The notes: a model not told the origin generated them from the letters alone. Numbered from the stretch's first letter, positions 32,561 to 43,594 are shown. The stretch is DNA of 46,785 bases from an uncultured Verrucomicrobiota bacterium (GCA_964397035.1 CAYNHA010000204.1:1-46785); one strand, 5' to 3'. Made by a program: numbers and translations.

Positions 32561-32620
32561 AATGATGCTTGTACGGGATTGAGCTGTGCAGGGGGGTGGG
32601 GATTTAGTAGAACAGGGGCG

Positions 32621-34066
32621 ATGAAACAGGGCCTTTTCCAAAGTCAACAGGTACGTCAGGAAATGAAGCTGGCGCCGCGCATGGTGCAGGCGCTCCGCTT
32701 CCTGCAGGTGCCGTTGCCGGAATTGCGCGATCTGATCCGCAGCGAGATGGAGCAAAATCCCGTGCTGGAGGAAAAGGCGGTGGACCTGGAGCCGATGTTG
32801 CCGGCGCTGGAGCCAGTGACGGCGACGACGTTCGACGAGGTGGACCAGGAGAACGACTACGAGCCGGATGATTTCGGGAGGGACATCGACGCGCTGGAGC
32901 GGATGCTGGCTCCCCATTCGGCGGAGGAACAACCGGGCGCGGCGCCCACGGCGGAGGCCGAGGAAAAGCGGCAGTTTTTTTTGGATTCGCTGACGGCGCC
33001 GCCGTCGCTGCATGCCCATCTGGACGAGCAGTTGAACGAGTCGGGGATGGATGAAGCGCAGAAGAGGGCGGGGGAATACATCATCGGCAACGTGGATGAA
33101 AACGGATGGCTGTCGGTGGATGTGGCGGAAGTGGCGAGCGAATCGGGCGAACCGGAAGAGGTGGTGAAATCGGCGCTGGCGGTGATCCAGGACTTCGATC
33201 CTCCGGGGGTGGCGGCGCGGAACCTGAAAGAATGCCTGCTGATCCAGTTGCGCCGGTTGGGGCACGGGGAGGGGTCGCCTGCGGCCATCTTGGTCGAAGG
33301 GCATCTGGAGGGGCTGGGATATTTGCAGGCCGCCGACCTGGCGCGGGTGGCGGGGCTGAAGGAAGAAGAAGCGGCGGCGGCGATCAAGGCGATCGCGCTG
33401 CTGGACCCGAAACCGGGGCTGCGGTTTTCGGCGCCGCCGCCGGTGTATGTGACGCCGGAGGTGGAAATCCGCAAGACGGCCGAGGGGGAATATGTGGTGG
33501 AGATGCTGCGGGACGGGTTCCCGCGGCTGCGCATCAGCGCGGAATACGAGTCGATGCTGGAAGATCCCGAGACGGCGACGGAGGCCAAAAAATATTTGGC
33601 CGAAAAAGTGCGTTCGGGCAAGTTCCTGATGGACAGCCTGCACCAGCGGCGGGAAACGGTGCGGCGCCTGGCCGAGGAGATTGCGGCGGCCCAGCGGGAG
33701 TTTTTCGAGCATGGCATCTCGAAGCTGAAACCACTGACGATGGCGGCAGTGGCGGTGAAGCTGGGGGTGCATGAAACGACGGTGGGGCGGGCGGTTTCGG
33801 GAAAATATGCGCGGACGCCGCAGGGGATTTTCGAGCTGAAATTCTTCTTCACCACGGGACTGACGATGGCGGACGGGCAGACCATTTCGACCGAAGCGGT
33901 CAAGGAGGCCGTGGCCAAGGTGATGGCGCACGAGGATGTGAAGCATCCGCTCTCCGACCAGGCCATAGCGGAAAAGCTCAAAGAGCAGGGATTCCAGGTG
34001 GCGCGGCGGACGGTGGCGAAATATCGCGAGCAACTGGGCGTGCCGCCTGCGCACAAGCGGAAATGA
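32621..34066 (+). CDS. rpoN: RNA polymerase sigma-54 factor
   Basis: The N-terminus is MKQGLFQSQQVRQEMKLAPRMVQALRFLQVPLPEL (region I). The C-terminal HTH and RpoN box are TMAAVAVKLGVHETTVGRAVSGKYARTPQGIFELKFFF. Confidence 0.93.
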   Translation: MKQGLFQSQQVRQEMKLAPRMVQALRFLQVPLPELRDLIRSEMEQNPVLEEKAVDLEPMLPALEPVTATTFDEVDQENDYEPDDFGRDIDALERMLAPHSAEEQPGAAPTAEAEEKRQFFLDSLTAPPSLHAHLDEQLNESGMDEAQKRAGEYIIGNVDENGWLSVDVAEVASESGEPEEVVKSALAVIQDFDPPGVAARNLKECLLIQLRRLGHGEGSPAAILVEGHLEGLGYLQAADLARVAGLKEEEAAAAIKAIALLDPKPGLRFSAPPPVYVTPEVEIRKTAEGEYVVEMLRDGFPRLRISAEYESMLEDPETATEAKKYLAEKVRSGKFLMDSLHQRRETVRRLAEEIAAAQREFFEHGISKLKPLTMAAVAVKLGVHETTVGRAVSGKYARTPQGIFELKFFFTTGLTMADGQTISTEAVKEAVAKVMAHEDVKHPLSDQAIAEKLKEQGFQVARRTVAKYREQLGVPPAHKRK

Positions 34067-35061
34067 TGTGGGTCAGGAAGAACCGGACAATGAAGATGGA
34101 TTTCAAGGTGATGGATTTTGTGGAGTTTTGCCGGACGAACCGGCCGGCGTATCATGCGCAGTATTATGCCATGTATTCGAGCTGGTGGGACGGCATCACG
34201 ACGGACCCCAACCTGATGGTGGTGCCGGTCGACGACCACATGGTGCATCGCGGCGATGGCCTGTTCGAGACGTGCAAGTGCGTGGACGGGGCCATCTACA
34301 ACCTGGACGCGCACCTGGCGCGCTTGGAGGGAGGAGCCCAAACCATATCCCTGCAACTGCCCTGGAGCCGGGAGGAGATTTGTCGCATTGTGGGCGAGGT
34401 GCTTCGCGCGGGCGGGCGGCGGGATGCGCTGGTGCGGATTTTTGTTTCGCGCGGGCCGGGGGGGCATTCGGCGAATCCGTATGAATGTCCGAGGCCGCTG
34501 CTGATGGTCCTTTCGATCCGGCTGCCCCCGCCGTTCATGGAGGCTCATCCGGAAGGCGCGAAGGTGGGGGTGAGCGGTGTGCCCGCGAAGAGCGGTTTTT
34601 TCGCGCAGGTGAAGAGCGTGAATTATCTGCCGAATGTGTTGATGAAAAAACAGGCAGTCGATTCGGGCGTGGATTTCATGCTGGGGTTCGACGCCAACGG
34701 ACACATGACGGAACTGCCCACGGAGAATTTCGGCATCGTGACGGCGGCGGGGGTATTGATGGTGCCGAAACCGGAGCATATTTTGCTGGGCACCACGATG
34801 CTGCGGGTGCTGGCGCTGGCGCGAGAAAAACTGGTTCCGGCGGGTGTTCTGGCGGGAGTGGAAGAGGCGGATGTGCCGAGGACGGAATTGGAAAAGGCCG
34901 CCGAAATGCTGGTGTTTGGAACAACACCGCATGTGACGGCGGTGACGGAATTCGCGGGCCGTCCGGTGGGCGACGGAAAGCCCGGGCCGGTCTGGCGCGA
35001 ATTGAGCCGGGTGTTTGAAGAGGATTTGAAAAATCCGGCCCAACTGACCCGATTGATGTAA
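34063..35061 (+). CDS. class IV (branched-chain / D-amino-acid type) aminotransferase family protein
   Basis: There is an ATGA overlap with the rpoN stop. VDDHMVHRGDGLFET, VKSVNYLPNVLMKKQA and TELPTENFGIV are present. Confidence 0.8.
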   Translation: MMWVRKNRTMKMDFKVMDFVEFCRTNRPAYHAQYYAMYSSWWDGITTDPNLMVVPVDDHMVHRGDGLFETCKCVDGAIYNLDAHLARLEGGAQTISLQLPWSREEICRIVGEVLRAGGRRDALVRIFVSRGPGGHSANPYECPRPLLMVLSIRLPPPFMEAHPEGAKVGVSGVPAKSGFFAQVKSVNYLPNVLMKKQAVDSGVDFMLGFDANGHMTELPTENFGIVTAAGVLMVPKPEHILLGTTMLRVLALAREKLVPAGVLAGVEEADVPRTELEKAAEMLVFGTTPHVTAVTEFAGRPVGDGKPGPVWRELSRVFEEDLKNPAQLTRLM

Positions 35062-35104
35062 CCGAATCGGGAGCCGGAACGACTCTCCCCCGAAGGATGA
35101 AAAG

Positions 35105-36562
35105 GTGATGGTCATGAAATTATCCGGAGAGACGGGGAAAAGACGGGCAGCCTGGCTGGCGGGGGTGGCGGCCGTGTGGATGGCGGGATGCGTGGGCGTG
35201 CCGGATGCGGAGCAAATGAGGGATCTCCGCGCAAAGTCGGCGGAGACGCGCATCCGGGATCTTTCAGAAAAGCAAACGACTCCCAGCGTGGTGTATCTTT
35301 CGGGGCCGCTGAAGCTGGCGGACGCCTTGGCGCTGGCCATGGCGCAAAACCGAACCTTGCAGCAGGAGCAACAGGGGCCGGAAATAGCGCGCGGGCGCAT
35401 TCAGGCGTCGTACGCGGAAGCCTTGCCATCTTTGGGGCTCACGGGGGGATATGTGCGGCGCGACGAAGAGCTGGGCAGCACGGTGAACGGCCAGTATGTG
35501 ACGACGCGGTTCCAGGACCAGTACAATGCGGGGCTGAAGGTCACGCAGCCAATCTACAACGGACGCATCGGGTCGGCCCTGCGCGCGGCCCGGCTGTATG
35601 AAGAGTGGGCGGCGGCGGGGTTGCGGGATGCGACCGATGTCGTGCGCTACGACGTGGTGAGGGCCTACTACGATGCGGTGCTGAGCGGCCATTTGCTGGA
35701 TGTGAACGTGGCGGCGCTGGAAACGGCGAATGCCCAGCTCGCGACGGCTCAGGCGTTGCGGCGGCAGGGGATGGCGTCGAACTACGACGAATTGCGCGCG
35801 GAGGTGGAGGTGTCCAATTTCCAGGCCCAGGTGCTGCAGGCGCGAAACAACAGGGACCTGGCCTACACGACCTTGTTCCGACTGCTGGGGGCCTCGCCGG
35901 AGAGCGAGGTGGATTTGGTGGAGGAAATTCCCCTGGTGCCGGAAGAAATTTCGTTCGGGGAGGCCGCCCGGACGGCGTTGGAACGGCGCGCGGATTTGAC
36001 GGAAGCGGAATACGCAATGAGGATGCAGCGCGAAAGCGTGGCGGCCGCCAAGGGGCGCTATCTGCCGGATGTGTCGGGCTATGCGGCGCAGGTGTGGGCG
36101 AATCCCGATCCGCACCAATCCACTTTGGACGACTGGGGCGACGAGTGGCAGGCGGGCATTCAGTTGAGCTGGCCGTTGTTCGACGGGTTCGGGCGCAGCG
36201 GGGCGCTGATCCAGGAGCGGGCCAAGCTGAAGCAGATGGAAATTGCGTTGCAGGATGCGGAAGAGAAGGCCGTCAGCCAGATCCGCCAGGCGGTGCTGTC
36301 GCTGGAAACGGCGAAGGAATTCGCGCGCTCGCAGAGCCAGAACCTGGAAACGGCGAAGGAGGCGCTCCGGCTGGTGGAGGCCGGGCTGCGGGAGGGGCAG
36401 AACACGCCGCTGGAAGTGATGGATGCGCGGCAGGCGTTGACGAAGGCTTCGGCGAACTACTACCAGTCGCTGTTTAGTCACGCGATGGCCCGGGTGTCGC
36501 TGCAGAAGGCGATGGGATTGATGTCGGACGGTGCGTTGCCGGATGGTCCGGTGCTGAAATGA
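35105..36562 (+). CDS. TolC/NodT-family outer-membrane efflux lipoprotein
   Basis: The lipobox is WMAGC. Two repeated TolC half-domains are visible (LSLETAKEFARSQSQNLETAKEALRLVEAGLREGQNTPLEVMDARQAL). Confidence 0.88.
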   Translation: MMVMKLSGETGKRRAAWLAGVAAVWMAGCVGVPDAEQMRDLRAKSAETRIRDLSEKQTTPSVVYLSGPLKLADALALAMAQNRTLQQEQQGPEIARGRIQASYAEALPSLGLTGGYVRRDEELGSTVNGQYVTTRFQDQYNAGLKVTQPIYNGRIGSALRAARLYEEWAAAGLRDATDVVRYDVVRAYYDAVLSGHLLDVNVAALETANAQLATAQALRRQGMASNYDELRAEVEVSNFQAQVLQARNNRDLAYTTLFRLLGASPESEVDLVEEIPLVPEEISFGEAARTALERRADLTEAEYAMRMQRESVAAAKGRYLPDVSGYAAQVWANPDPHQSTLDDWGDEWQAGIQLSWPLFDGFGRSGALIQERAKLKQMEIALQDAEEKAVSQIRQAVLSLETAKEFARSQSQNLETAKEALRLVEAGLREGQNTPLEVMDARQALTKASANYYQSLFSHAMARVSLQKAMGLMSDGALPDGPVLK

Positions 36563-37707
36563 GGATGGCGATGAAAAAACGGATTTGCGGAATGTTGGTG
36601 GCGGGCCTGGCTTGTGGAATGGGTCTGGGCTGTTCCAAGGCGAAGGAGAAGGAACCCGCCGCCGCGGAGAAGAAGATGGCGCCGGTGGCCGTGCGGACGG
36701 CTACGGTGGAGCGGCGCGATATTTCCGAAACCCTGTTGTTCACGGGCGAGCTGGAAACCCCGGTTTCGGTCGAGGTGTTTTCGAAGGCGCAGGGGCGGGT
36801 GGAAACGGTGAACGTGACGGAAGGGGTGGAGGTGAAGCGCGGCGGGATTCTGGCCGAGCTGGACCGCCGCGAGCTGGAGGCCCGTCTGGCCCTGGCCGAG
36901 GCGCAGGTGCAGCAGGCGGCGGTGACCGAGGCGGACCGTGAACGGGAGCGCCGTCGGCTGGAGGCTCTGTTTGCGGAAAACGTGGCCACCGAGCAGGCGC
37001 GGGATGCTGCGGTGACGGCGCACGAAAGCTCCCGGGCCGCGTTGGCCCAGGCGAAGGCCCAGTTGGATTTGGCGAAGGTGAATCTGGACGAGGCTACGCT
37101 GGTGGCGCCGATGGATGGAGTGGTGTCGGCGCGGCGAGTGGATCCCGGCGCGCTGGTGGGGCCGGGAACGGCGGTGGCGAAACTGGTGCAGATGGATCCG
37201 CTCCGGCTGATGCTGGCGATTCCGGCGCGGCTGCTGCCGCTGATGGAAGAGGGGAAGACCGACGTGTCCGTTTCGACGGACGTGCAACCCGGACGGGAAA
37301 CCGTTTGCCAGGTGGCGCGGATTTTTCCGACGGTGGAGGTGGCCACGCGCACGGCCCGCGCGGAAGTGCTGCTGCCCAATCCAAAGGAAACAGGCGGCTG
37401 GTTGCTGCGTCCGGGCATGTATGCCACGGCGAGGCTGACGCTGGCGACGAGTCCGGGCGCGCTGGTGGTGCCGGTTTCGTCCGTGGTCCGCATGCTGGAC
37501 CGCCGGCTGGTTTTCGTGGTGCGCGACGGGGTGGCCCGGGCGGTCGACGTGAAAACGGGAATCCGGGACGGGGCGGACATCGAAATTCTGGAGGGGCTTG
37601 CCGAGGGGGATGAATACGTGGCGATGGGCCAGAACAAGCTGACGGACGGGGCGCCGATCGAGCGGGTGGGGGCCTACGGTGCCTCCGCCGCGGAGGGTGC
37701 GCAATGA
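36559..37707 (+). CDS. RND efflux periplasmic adaptor (membrane fusion protein)
   Basis: There is an ATGA overlap. The lipobox is LGCS. The domain pattern is biotinyl-lipoyl / coiled-coil hairpin / beta-barrel (GRVETVNVTEGVEVKRGGILAELD...APMDGVVSARRVDPGALV). Confidence 0.9.
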   Translation: MRMAMKKRICGMLVAGLACGMGLGCSKAKEKEPAAAEKKMAPVAVRTATVERRDISETLLFTGELETPVSVEVFSKAQGRVETVNVTEGVEVKRGGILAELDRRELEARLALAEAQVQQAAVTEADRERERRRLEALFAENVATEQARDAAVTAHESSRAALAQAKAQLDLAKVNLDEATLVAPMDGVVSARRVDPGALVGPGTAVAKLVQMDPLRLMLAIPARLLPLMEEGKTDVSVSTDVQPGRETVCQVARIFPTVEVATRTARAEVLLPNPKETGGWLLRPGMYATARLTLATSPGALVVPVSSVVRMLDRRLVFVVRDGVARAVDVKTGIRDGADIEILEGLAEGDEYVAMGQNKLTDGAPIERVGAYGASAAEGAQ

Positions 37708-40700
37708 AGTTGCCGGAACTGGGCGTTCATTATCCCATCACGACCCTGATGGTGTTTCTGGCGGTTTTCGTGCTGGGGGCCGTCATGATGACGCAGCTCC
37801 CGGTGGATCTGATGCCGGAGATCGAGCGGCCGACGGTGACGGTGGTGACCACGTGGGAGGGCGCGAGTTCGGAAGACGTCGAGCGCAAGGTGACGAAAAT
37901 CGTGGAGCGAGCGCTGGGTTCGGTGAACAACCTGGATTCGATGTCGAGCACAACGATGGAAGGCGTTTCCTCGGTGGTGTGCGAGTTCATCTGGGGCAGC
38001 AATCTCGACGAGGCGTCGAACGACATCCGCAGCAGCCTGGAACGGATCCGCAAAGTTCTGCCGGACGAGGCCGACCCTCCGGTTCTCCTGAAGTTCAACA
38101 CGTCGCAGATTCCCATCCAGTTTTATGGGATCACCTGCACGGAGAGCATCGAAAGCCTCGAGGAAATCGTGAACAACGAGATCGCGGACCCGCTGAAGCG
38201 GCTTCCGGGGGTGGGATCCGTCTCGCTGTTTGGCGGCCTGGAGCGGCAGGTGAACGTGAACCTGTCGCCGGAGCGGTTGACCGGATTCGGGCTGACGCTC
38301 GAAGAGGTGGCGGCGGCGCTGGCGAAGGAGAACCTGACGCTGCCGGCGGGGAATCTGAAGGTGGGCCGGTTCGACTACACGATTCGGGTGCCGGGCGAAT
38401 ACCGTTCGCCGGATGAAATCGGCGACATCGTGATCCGTTCGCGAGAGGGTGCGTTTGTGAGGCTGCGCGATGTGGCCGATGTGGAAGACGGCTTTGCCGA
38501 AGAGCGCCGGATCGTGCGGGTGAAGGACCGCCGGGCCATCATGATGATGATCCTGAAACGCTCCGGGGCCAACACGGTGGATGTGGCCCGGCAGGTGATG
38601 AAGGAGCTGTCCGACAACATCAAGCCAACCCTGCCGCGCGACATCGAGTATTTTCTGATTTTCGACTCGAGCGACCAGATCACCCAATCCATTTCCAATG
38701 TAGGCGAGACGGTGCGCTGGGCCTTTGTGTTCGTGGTGCTGACGACGCTTTTTTTCCTGCGCAATTTCCGGTCGTCGCTGATCATTGCGCTGACGATTCC
38801 GTTTGCCCTGATCCTGGCGTTCATTTTCATGTGGGTCATGGGGTGGACGATCAACATTATTTCGATGGCGAGTCTGGCGATTGCCATGGGGATGGTGGTG
38901 GACAATGCGGTGGTGGTGCTGGAAAACATTTCCACGAAGGTGGAGCGCGGAACCGCGCCGCGGGAGGCGGCCATGTTCGGTGCCGACGAAGTCGGCACGG
39001 CCGTCAGCGCCTCCACCCTGACGACCATTGTGGTGTTTGTTCCGCTGATCTTCCTGACGGGGGAGGCGGGAATTCTGTTCAAGCAGCTTGGCGGGCTGCT
39101 GACGGCCACCTTGACGGCGAGCCTGGTCTGCGCGCTGTGGCTGACGCCGATGTTGAGCTCCAAGTTGCTGCAATCTCCCCGTCAGCGCAAGACGCGCGGC
39201 CGCTGGGCGGAGACGTTCCATGGGTGGAGCGAGCGTAAATTCGAGGCGCTGGATCTGGCCTATGCGGGGCTGCTGCGGCGCGGATTGCGGCGGCGCTGGG
39301 TGGTGGTGGCGGGCGCGGTGGCGGTTTTCGCTGGAAGCATCGTGCTGTTTCGGGGGCTAGGTTCCGAATATGCGCCGGAAGACGATTCGGGGCGTTTGAC
39401 CCTGCTGGTTCAGGCGCCGGTGGGTACGCGGGTGGAGGAGACGGCGCTTCTTTGCCAGCGGGTGCTGGATGTGGCGCTGGAGAAGGCGGGAAGGGAAAAT
39501 GTCCTGACCTATGCCTTCCGCTGCGGGGACATGGGGGGCATGGTGGGAGGGGCCTCGGGATCGCACATGGGGCGCGTGATGCTGCGCCTGGTTCCGCAAA
39601 CGCAGCGCGAACGTTCGGTGCAGGCGATGGGCCGTTCCATCAGCGAAGTGGTTTCCCGGTGGCCCGAGCTTCAGAAATTCGCCGTCGACACGGCGCAGGC
39701 CGGGCCGGGCCGGAGCGGCGGAGGCAAGCCAATCCTGATCGAGGTGCTGGGGTTCGATCTGGATGTCCTGCAGAAGGTGGCTGAACAGGTGCTGGAAATT
39801 GTGCGGACGACGCCGGGCGCGGTGGACGGGGACATTGGCCGCGATCCGGGGCGTCCTGAAATCCACGTGGAGATCGACCGAACCAAGGCGGCGGCGCACG
39901 GTCTGAACGTGTCGCAGGTGGTGAATGGGATGCGGACGCTTTTCTACGGAACCACGACCACCCGTTTCCGCGAGGAGGACGAGGATTACGATGTGGTCAT
40001 GCGCCTGGCCGATCCCTTCCGGCAGACGGTGGGGGACGTGGCGCGCAGTGAGATCACGCGCCCCGACGGGCGGCGGATCCGGCTGGATAGCGTGGCGGAC
40101 GTGGTGGAGCGGCTGGGGCCGCTGCAAATCGACCGCAAGAACCAGGAGCGCATGGTCAAGGTGGAGGCGGATGTTTTCGGGCGCAGCAGCGGCGAGGTGG
40201 TTCGCGATTTGCAGAAGCGCATCCGCGCGGAGATTCCGTTGCCGTCGGGCGTGGCCGTGCACTTTGGCGGCACGGCGGAGGATCAGGCCGAGACGTTCCG
40301 GCAGATGGGCCTGATGCTGGTGCTGGGAATCCTGCTGGTCTACATGGTGATGGCCTCGCAGTTTGAAAGCCTGCTGGACCCGTTCCTGATTCTGTTCTCG
40401 ATTCCGTTTGCCTTCACGGGCGTGGCGATCAGCCTGACGGTGATGCGGCTCACGGTGAGCATCATGTCGTTCATCGGCATGATCATGCTGGTGGGCGTGG
40501 TGGTGAACAACGCCATTGTGCTGGTGGACTACATCAACCTGCTCCGGGCGCGAGGGGAATCGCTGGCGGATGCCATTGTCCATGCCGGGCGGTCCCGGTT
40601 GCGGCCGGTGCTGATCACGACCATGACGACCACGCTGGGGATGGTGCCGATGATTGTGAGCCGGGGCGAGGGTGCAGCGACGTGGAAGCCGATGGCGGTG

Positions 40701-40832
40701 ACGATTGCGGGGGGATTGACGTTTTCGATGCTGGTCACGCTGGTGCTGGTGCCGGTGCTGTACAGCCTGGCGCATTCGCGCCGGGCGCGGCGGCGGGAGC
40801 AGCTTTCCGCCGAGAAGGGAGTGCTCTCATGA
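37704..40832 (+). CDS. RND efflux permease (AcrB/HAE family)
   Basis: It is 1042 aa and overlaps the upstream gene by ATGA. The AcrB N-terminus is typical, and two pseudo-repeats each carry a TM bundle (VDNAVVVLENI, VNNAIVLVDYI). Confidence 0.93.
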   Translation: MKLPELGVHYPITTLMVFLAVFVLGAVMMTQLPVDLMPEIERPTVTVVTTWEGASSEDVERKVTKIVERALGSVNNLDSMSSTTMEGVSSVVCEFIWGSNLDEASNDIRSSLERIRKVLPDEADPPVLLKFNTSQIPIQFYGITCTESIESLEEIVNNEIADPLKRLPGVGSVSLFGGLERQVNVNLSPERLTGFGLTLEEVAAALAKENLTLPAGNLKVGRFDYTIRVPGEYRSPDEIGDIVIRSREGAFVRLRDVADVEDGFAEERRIVRVKDRRAIMMMILKRSGANTVDVARQVMKELSDNIKPTLPRDIEYFLIFDSSDQITQSISNVGETVRWAFVFVVLTTLFFLRNFRSSLIIALTIPFALILAFIFMWVMGWTINIISMASLAIAMGMVVDNAVVVLENISTKVERGTAPREAAMFGADEVGTAVSASTLTTIVVFVPLIFLTGEAGILFKQLGGLLTATLTASLVCALWLTPMLSSKLLQSPRQRKTRGRWAETFHGWSERKFEALDLAYAGLLRRGLRRRWVVVAGAVAVFAGSIVLFRGLGSEYAPEDDSGRLTLLVQAPVGTRVEETALLCQRVLDVALEKAGRENVLTYAFRCGDMGGMVGGASGSHMGRVMLRLVPQTQRERSVQAMGRSISEVVSRWPELQKFAVDTAQAGPGRSGGGKPILIEVLGFDLDVLQKVAEQVLEIVRTTPGAVDGDIGRDPGRPEIHVEIDRTKAAAHGLNVSQVVNGMRTLFYGTTTTRFREEDEDYDVVMRLADPFRQTVGDVARSEITRPDGRRIRLDSVADVVERLGPLQIDRKNQERMVKVEADVFGRSSGEVVRDLQKRIRAEIPLPSGVAVHFGGTAEDQAETFRQMGLMLVLGILLVYMVMASQFESLLDPFLILFSIPFAFTGVAISLTVMRLTVSIMSFIGMIMLVGVVVNNAIVLVDYINLLRARGESLADAIVHAGRSRLRPVLITTMTTTLGMVPMIVSRGEGAATWKPMAVTIAGGLTFSMLVTLVLVPVLYSLAHSRRARRREQLSAEKGVLS

Positions 40833-41125
40833 AAATGGTGTGGATCATGCACGACGTGGTGTTGACCGACGAGATGCAGGACCTGCTGGACGAGCTGGGG
40901 ATCGTGGGGGTTTCGCGCTGGAGCCGCATGGTGGGGCGCGGCCCCAAGAGCGGCTCGCGAATGGACAACCATGTGTGGCCAGGAGCCAACTCGGGGGCCT
41001 TTGTGGTGGTGGAGGACGAGATGGCCACGCGCCTGATGGGGAGGCTGAAACTGTTGCGCGACGAGGTGGGCGGCATGACCGGCGTGTGGGCTTTCACGAC
41101 ACCGGTGATGGAGATGCTGAAATAG
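40829..41125 (+). CDS. small (98 aa) soluble protein translationally coupled to the RND pump; function unknown (possibly a P-II-fold transporter-associated protein)
   Basis: There is an ATGA overlap with the RND stop. The sequence is MKMVWIMHDVVLTDEMQDLLDELGIVGVSRWSRMVGRG...AFVVVEDEMATRLMGRLKLLRDEV. The listed longer ORF from 40682 lies inside the pump gene. Confidence 0.6.
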   Translation: MKMVWIMHDVVLTDEMQDLLDELGIVGVSRWSRMVGRGPKSGSRMDNHVWPGANSGAFVVVEDEMATRLMGRLKLLRDEVGGMTGVWAFTTPVMEMLK

Positions 41126-41131
41126 GGCGGT

Positions 41132-42238
<1,107 letters not shown>

Positions 42239-42330
42239 CAAACGGCCTTTCTTTCTCGGAAATCCTTGTGTGATTTTCACGTGAACTCAAAACCTTGAAC
42301 CTCCTTTCTGGAAGGGGCATACTGCGGGAC

Positions 42331-43590
42331 ATGAAAACAACCTATTTCAGCGGATTTCGGTGCTTCCGTTGCGGAACGGAGCAGGGTGCGGATTTTGGCG
42401 GGTATGTGTGTCCGGCGTGTGGGGGAAACCTGGAGGTTCGCTATCAGTGGCCGAAGGGAAGGGGCCGGTGGTGGGTGGATGAGGAGCGCAAGGACATTTT
42501 CCGCTACCGCGCGCTCCTGCCGGTTTCGAGGTTGGATCTGGCTTCTCCGTTGCGCGTGGGAATGACACCGGTGTACGAGGCCAAACGGCTGGGTGCGGCG
42601 GCGGGGCTGAAGAATCTGTTGCTGAAGGATGATGGACAGAATCCAAGCGCCTCATTCAAGGATCGCGCGGGGGCGGTGGCGCTGGTGAGGGCGCGGGAGG
42701 TCGGGTCGAAGGTCCTTTGCGGGGCCAGCACGGGCAATGCGGGAAGCTCGATGGCCTGCCTGGCGGCGAGCGTGGGAATGCCGTGCGTGATTTTTGTGCC
42801 GGAAAAGGCTCCGGCGGCCAAAATCGCGCAGTTATTGATCTTCGGGGCCAAGGTCCTGGCCGTGAAGGGGACGTATGACGATGCGTTTGACTTGTGCATG
42901 GAGGTGTGCGCCAAGCGGGGCTGGTTCAACCGCAACACGGGGCACAATCCATTCACGCGCGAGGGGAAAAAGACGGCGGCAATCGAAATATTCGACCAAC
43001 TGGGCGCGATTCCGGACTGGGTGGTGGTGCCGACGGGCGATGGAAACATCATCGCGGGCATCTGGAAGGGTTTTCGCGATTTGAAGGAGTCGGGCATCGT
43101 GAACAAGATGCCGAAAATGCTCTGTGCGCAGTCGGAGGAGAGCCGGGCCATTGGCGAGGCTGTTTGGATGCTGCAGAAGAGCGGGAATGCGCATCCGGAC
43201 TGGAAAACGGTGGAAATTGCGCCGGTGGCGGCAACGACAGTGGCCGATTCGATTTCGGTGGATATTCCGCGCGATGGATTGGCGGCGGTACGGGCGGTGA
43301 TCGAGTCGAATGGTGCGGCGGTGGCGGTTCCGGATGCGGAGATTCTGGCGGCCATTCCGGAATTGGCGCGCGGTGCAGGTGTATTTGCGGAGCCGGCGGC
43401 TTCCTGTGCTTGGGCCGGGCTGAAAAAGGCCGCCCGGGAAGGTATTGTGAAGCCGGAAGAGACCGTGGTGTGCATGTGCACGGGCAACGGACTCAAGGAT
43501 GTGGCCAGCGCGCGCAAGGTGGCGGGCGATCCGACGCCGGTGGAAGCTACGGCGGCGGCGGCGATGGCGGCAACGGAAGGGATGGGCTGA
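42331..43590 (+). CDS. thrC: threonine synthase (type with N-terminal zinc ribbon)
   Basis: The ribbon is CFRCG...CPACGG. The PLP lysine motif is NPSASFKDRAG, and GASTGNAGSS is also present. Confidence 0.85.
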   Translation: MKTTYFSGFRCFRCGTEQGADFGGYVCPACGGNLEVRYQWPKGRGRWWVDEERKDIFRYRALLPVSRLDLASPLRVGMTPVYEAKRLGAAAGLKNLLLKDDGQNPSASFKDRAGAVALVRAREVGSKVLCGASTGNAGSSMACLAASVGMPCVIFVPEKAPAAKIAQLLIFGAKVLAVKGTYDDAFDLCMEVCAKRGWFNRNTGHNPFTREGKKTAAIEIFDQLGAIPDWVVVPTGDGNIIAGIWKGFRDLKESGIVNKMPKMLCAQSEESRAIGEAVWMLQKSGNAHPDWKTVEIAPVAATTVADSISVDIPRDGLAAVRAVIESNGAAVAVPDAEILAAIPELARGAGVFAEPAASCAWAGLKKAAREGIVKPEETVVCMCTGNGLKDVASARKVAGDPTPVEATAAAAMAATEGMG

Positions 43591-43594
43591 TTCG

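Noticed and set aside
32377-32565. 62-aa plus-strand ORF in the rpoN upstream region
   Set aside because: It has no Shine-Dalgarno sequence and no recognisable motif. Its coordinates coincide with a long-range base-paired rod, so an RNA gene is the better explanation. This remains unproven.
32857-35400. 847-aa minus-strand ORF
   Set aside because: It is antisense to rpoN, the aminotransferase gene and the start of the TolC gene. The product is Ser/Ala/Arg/Pro-rich and low in complexity.
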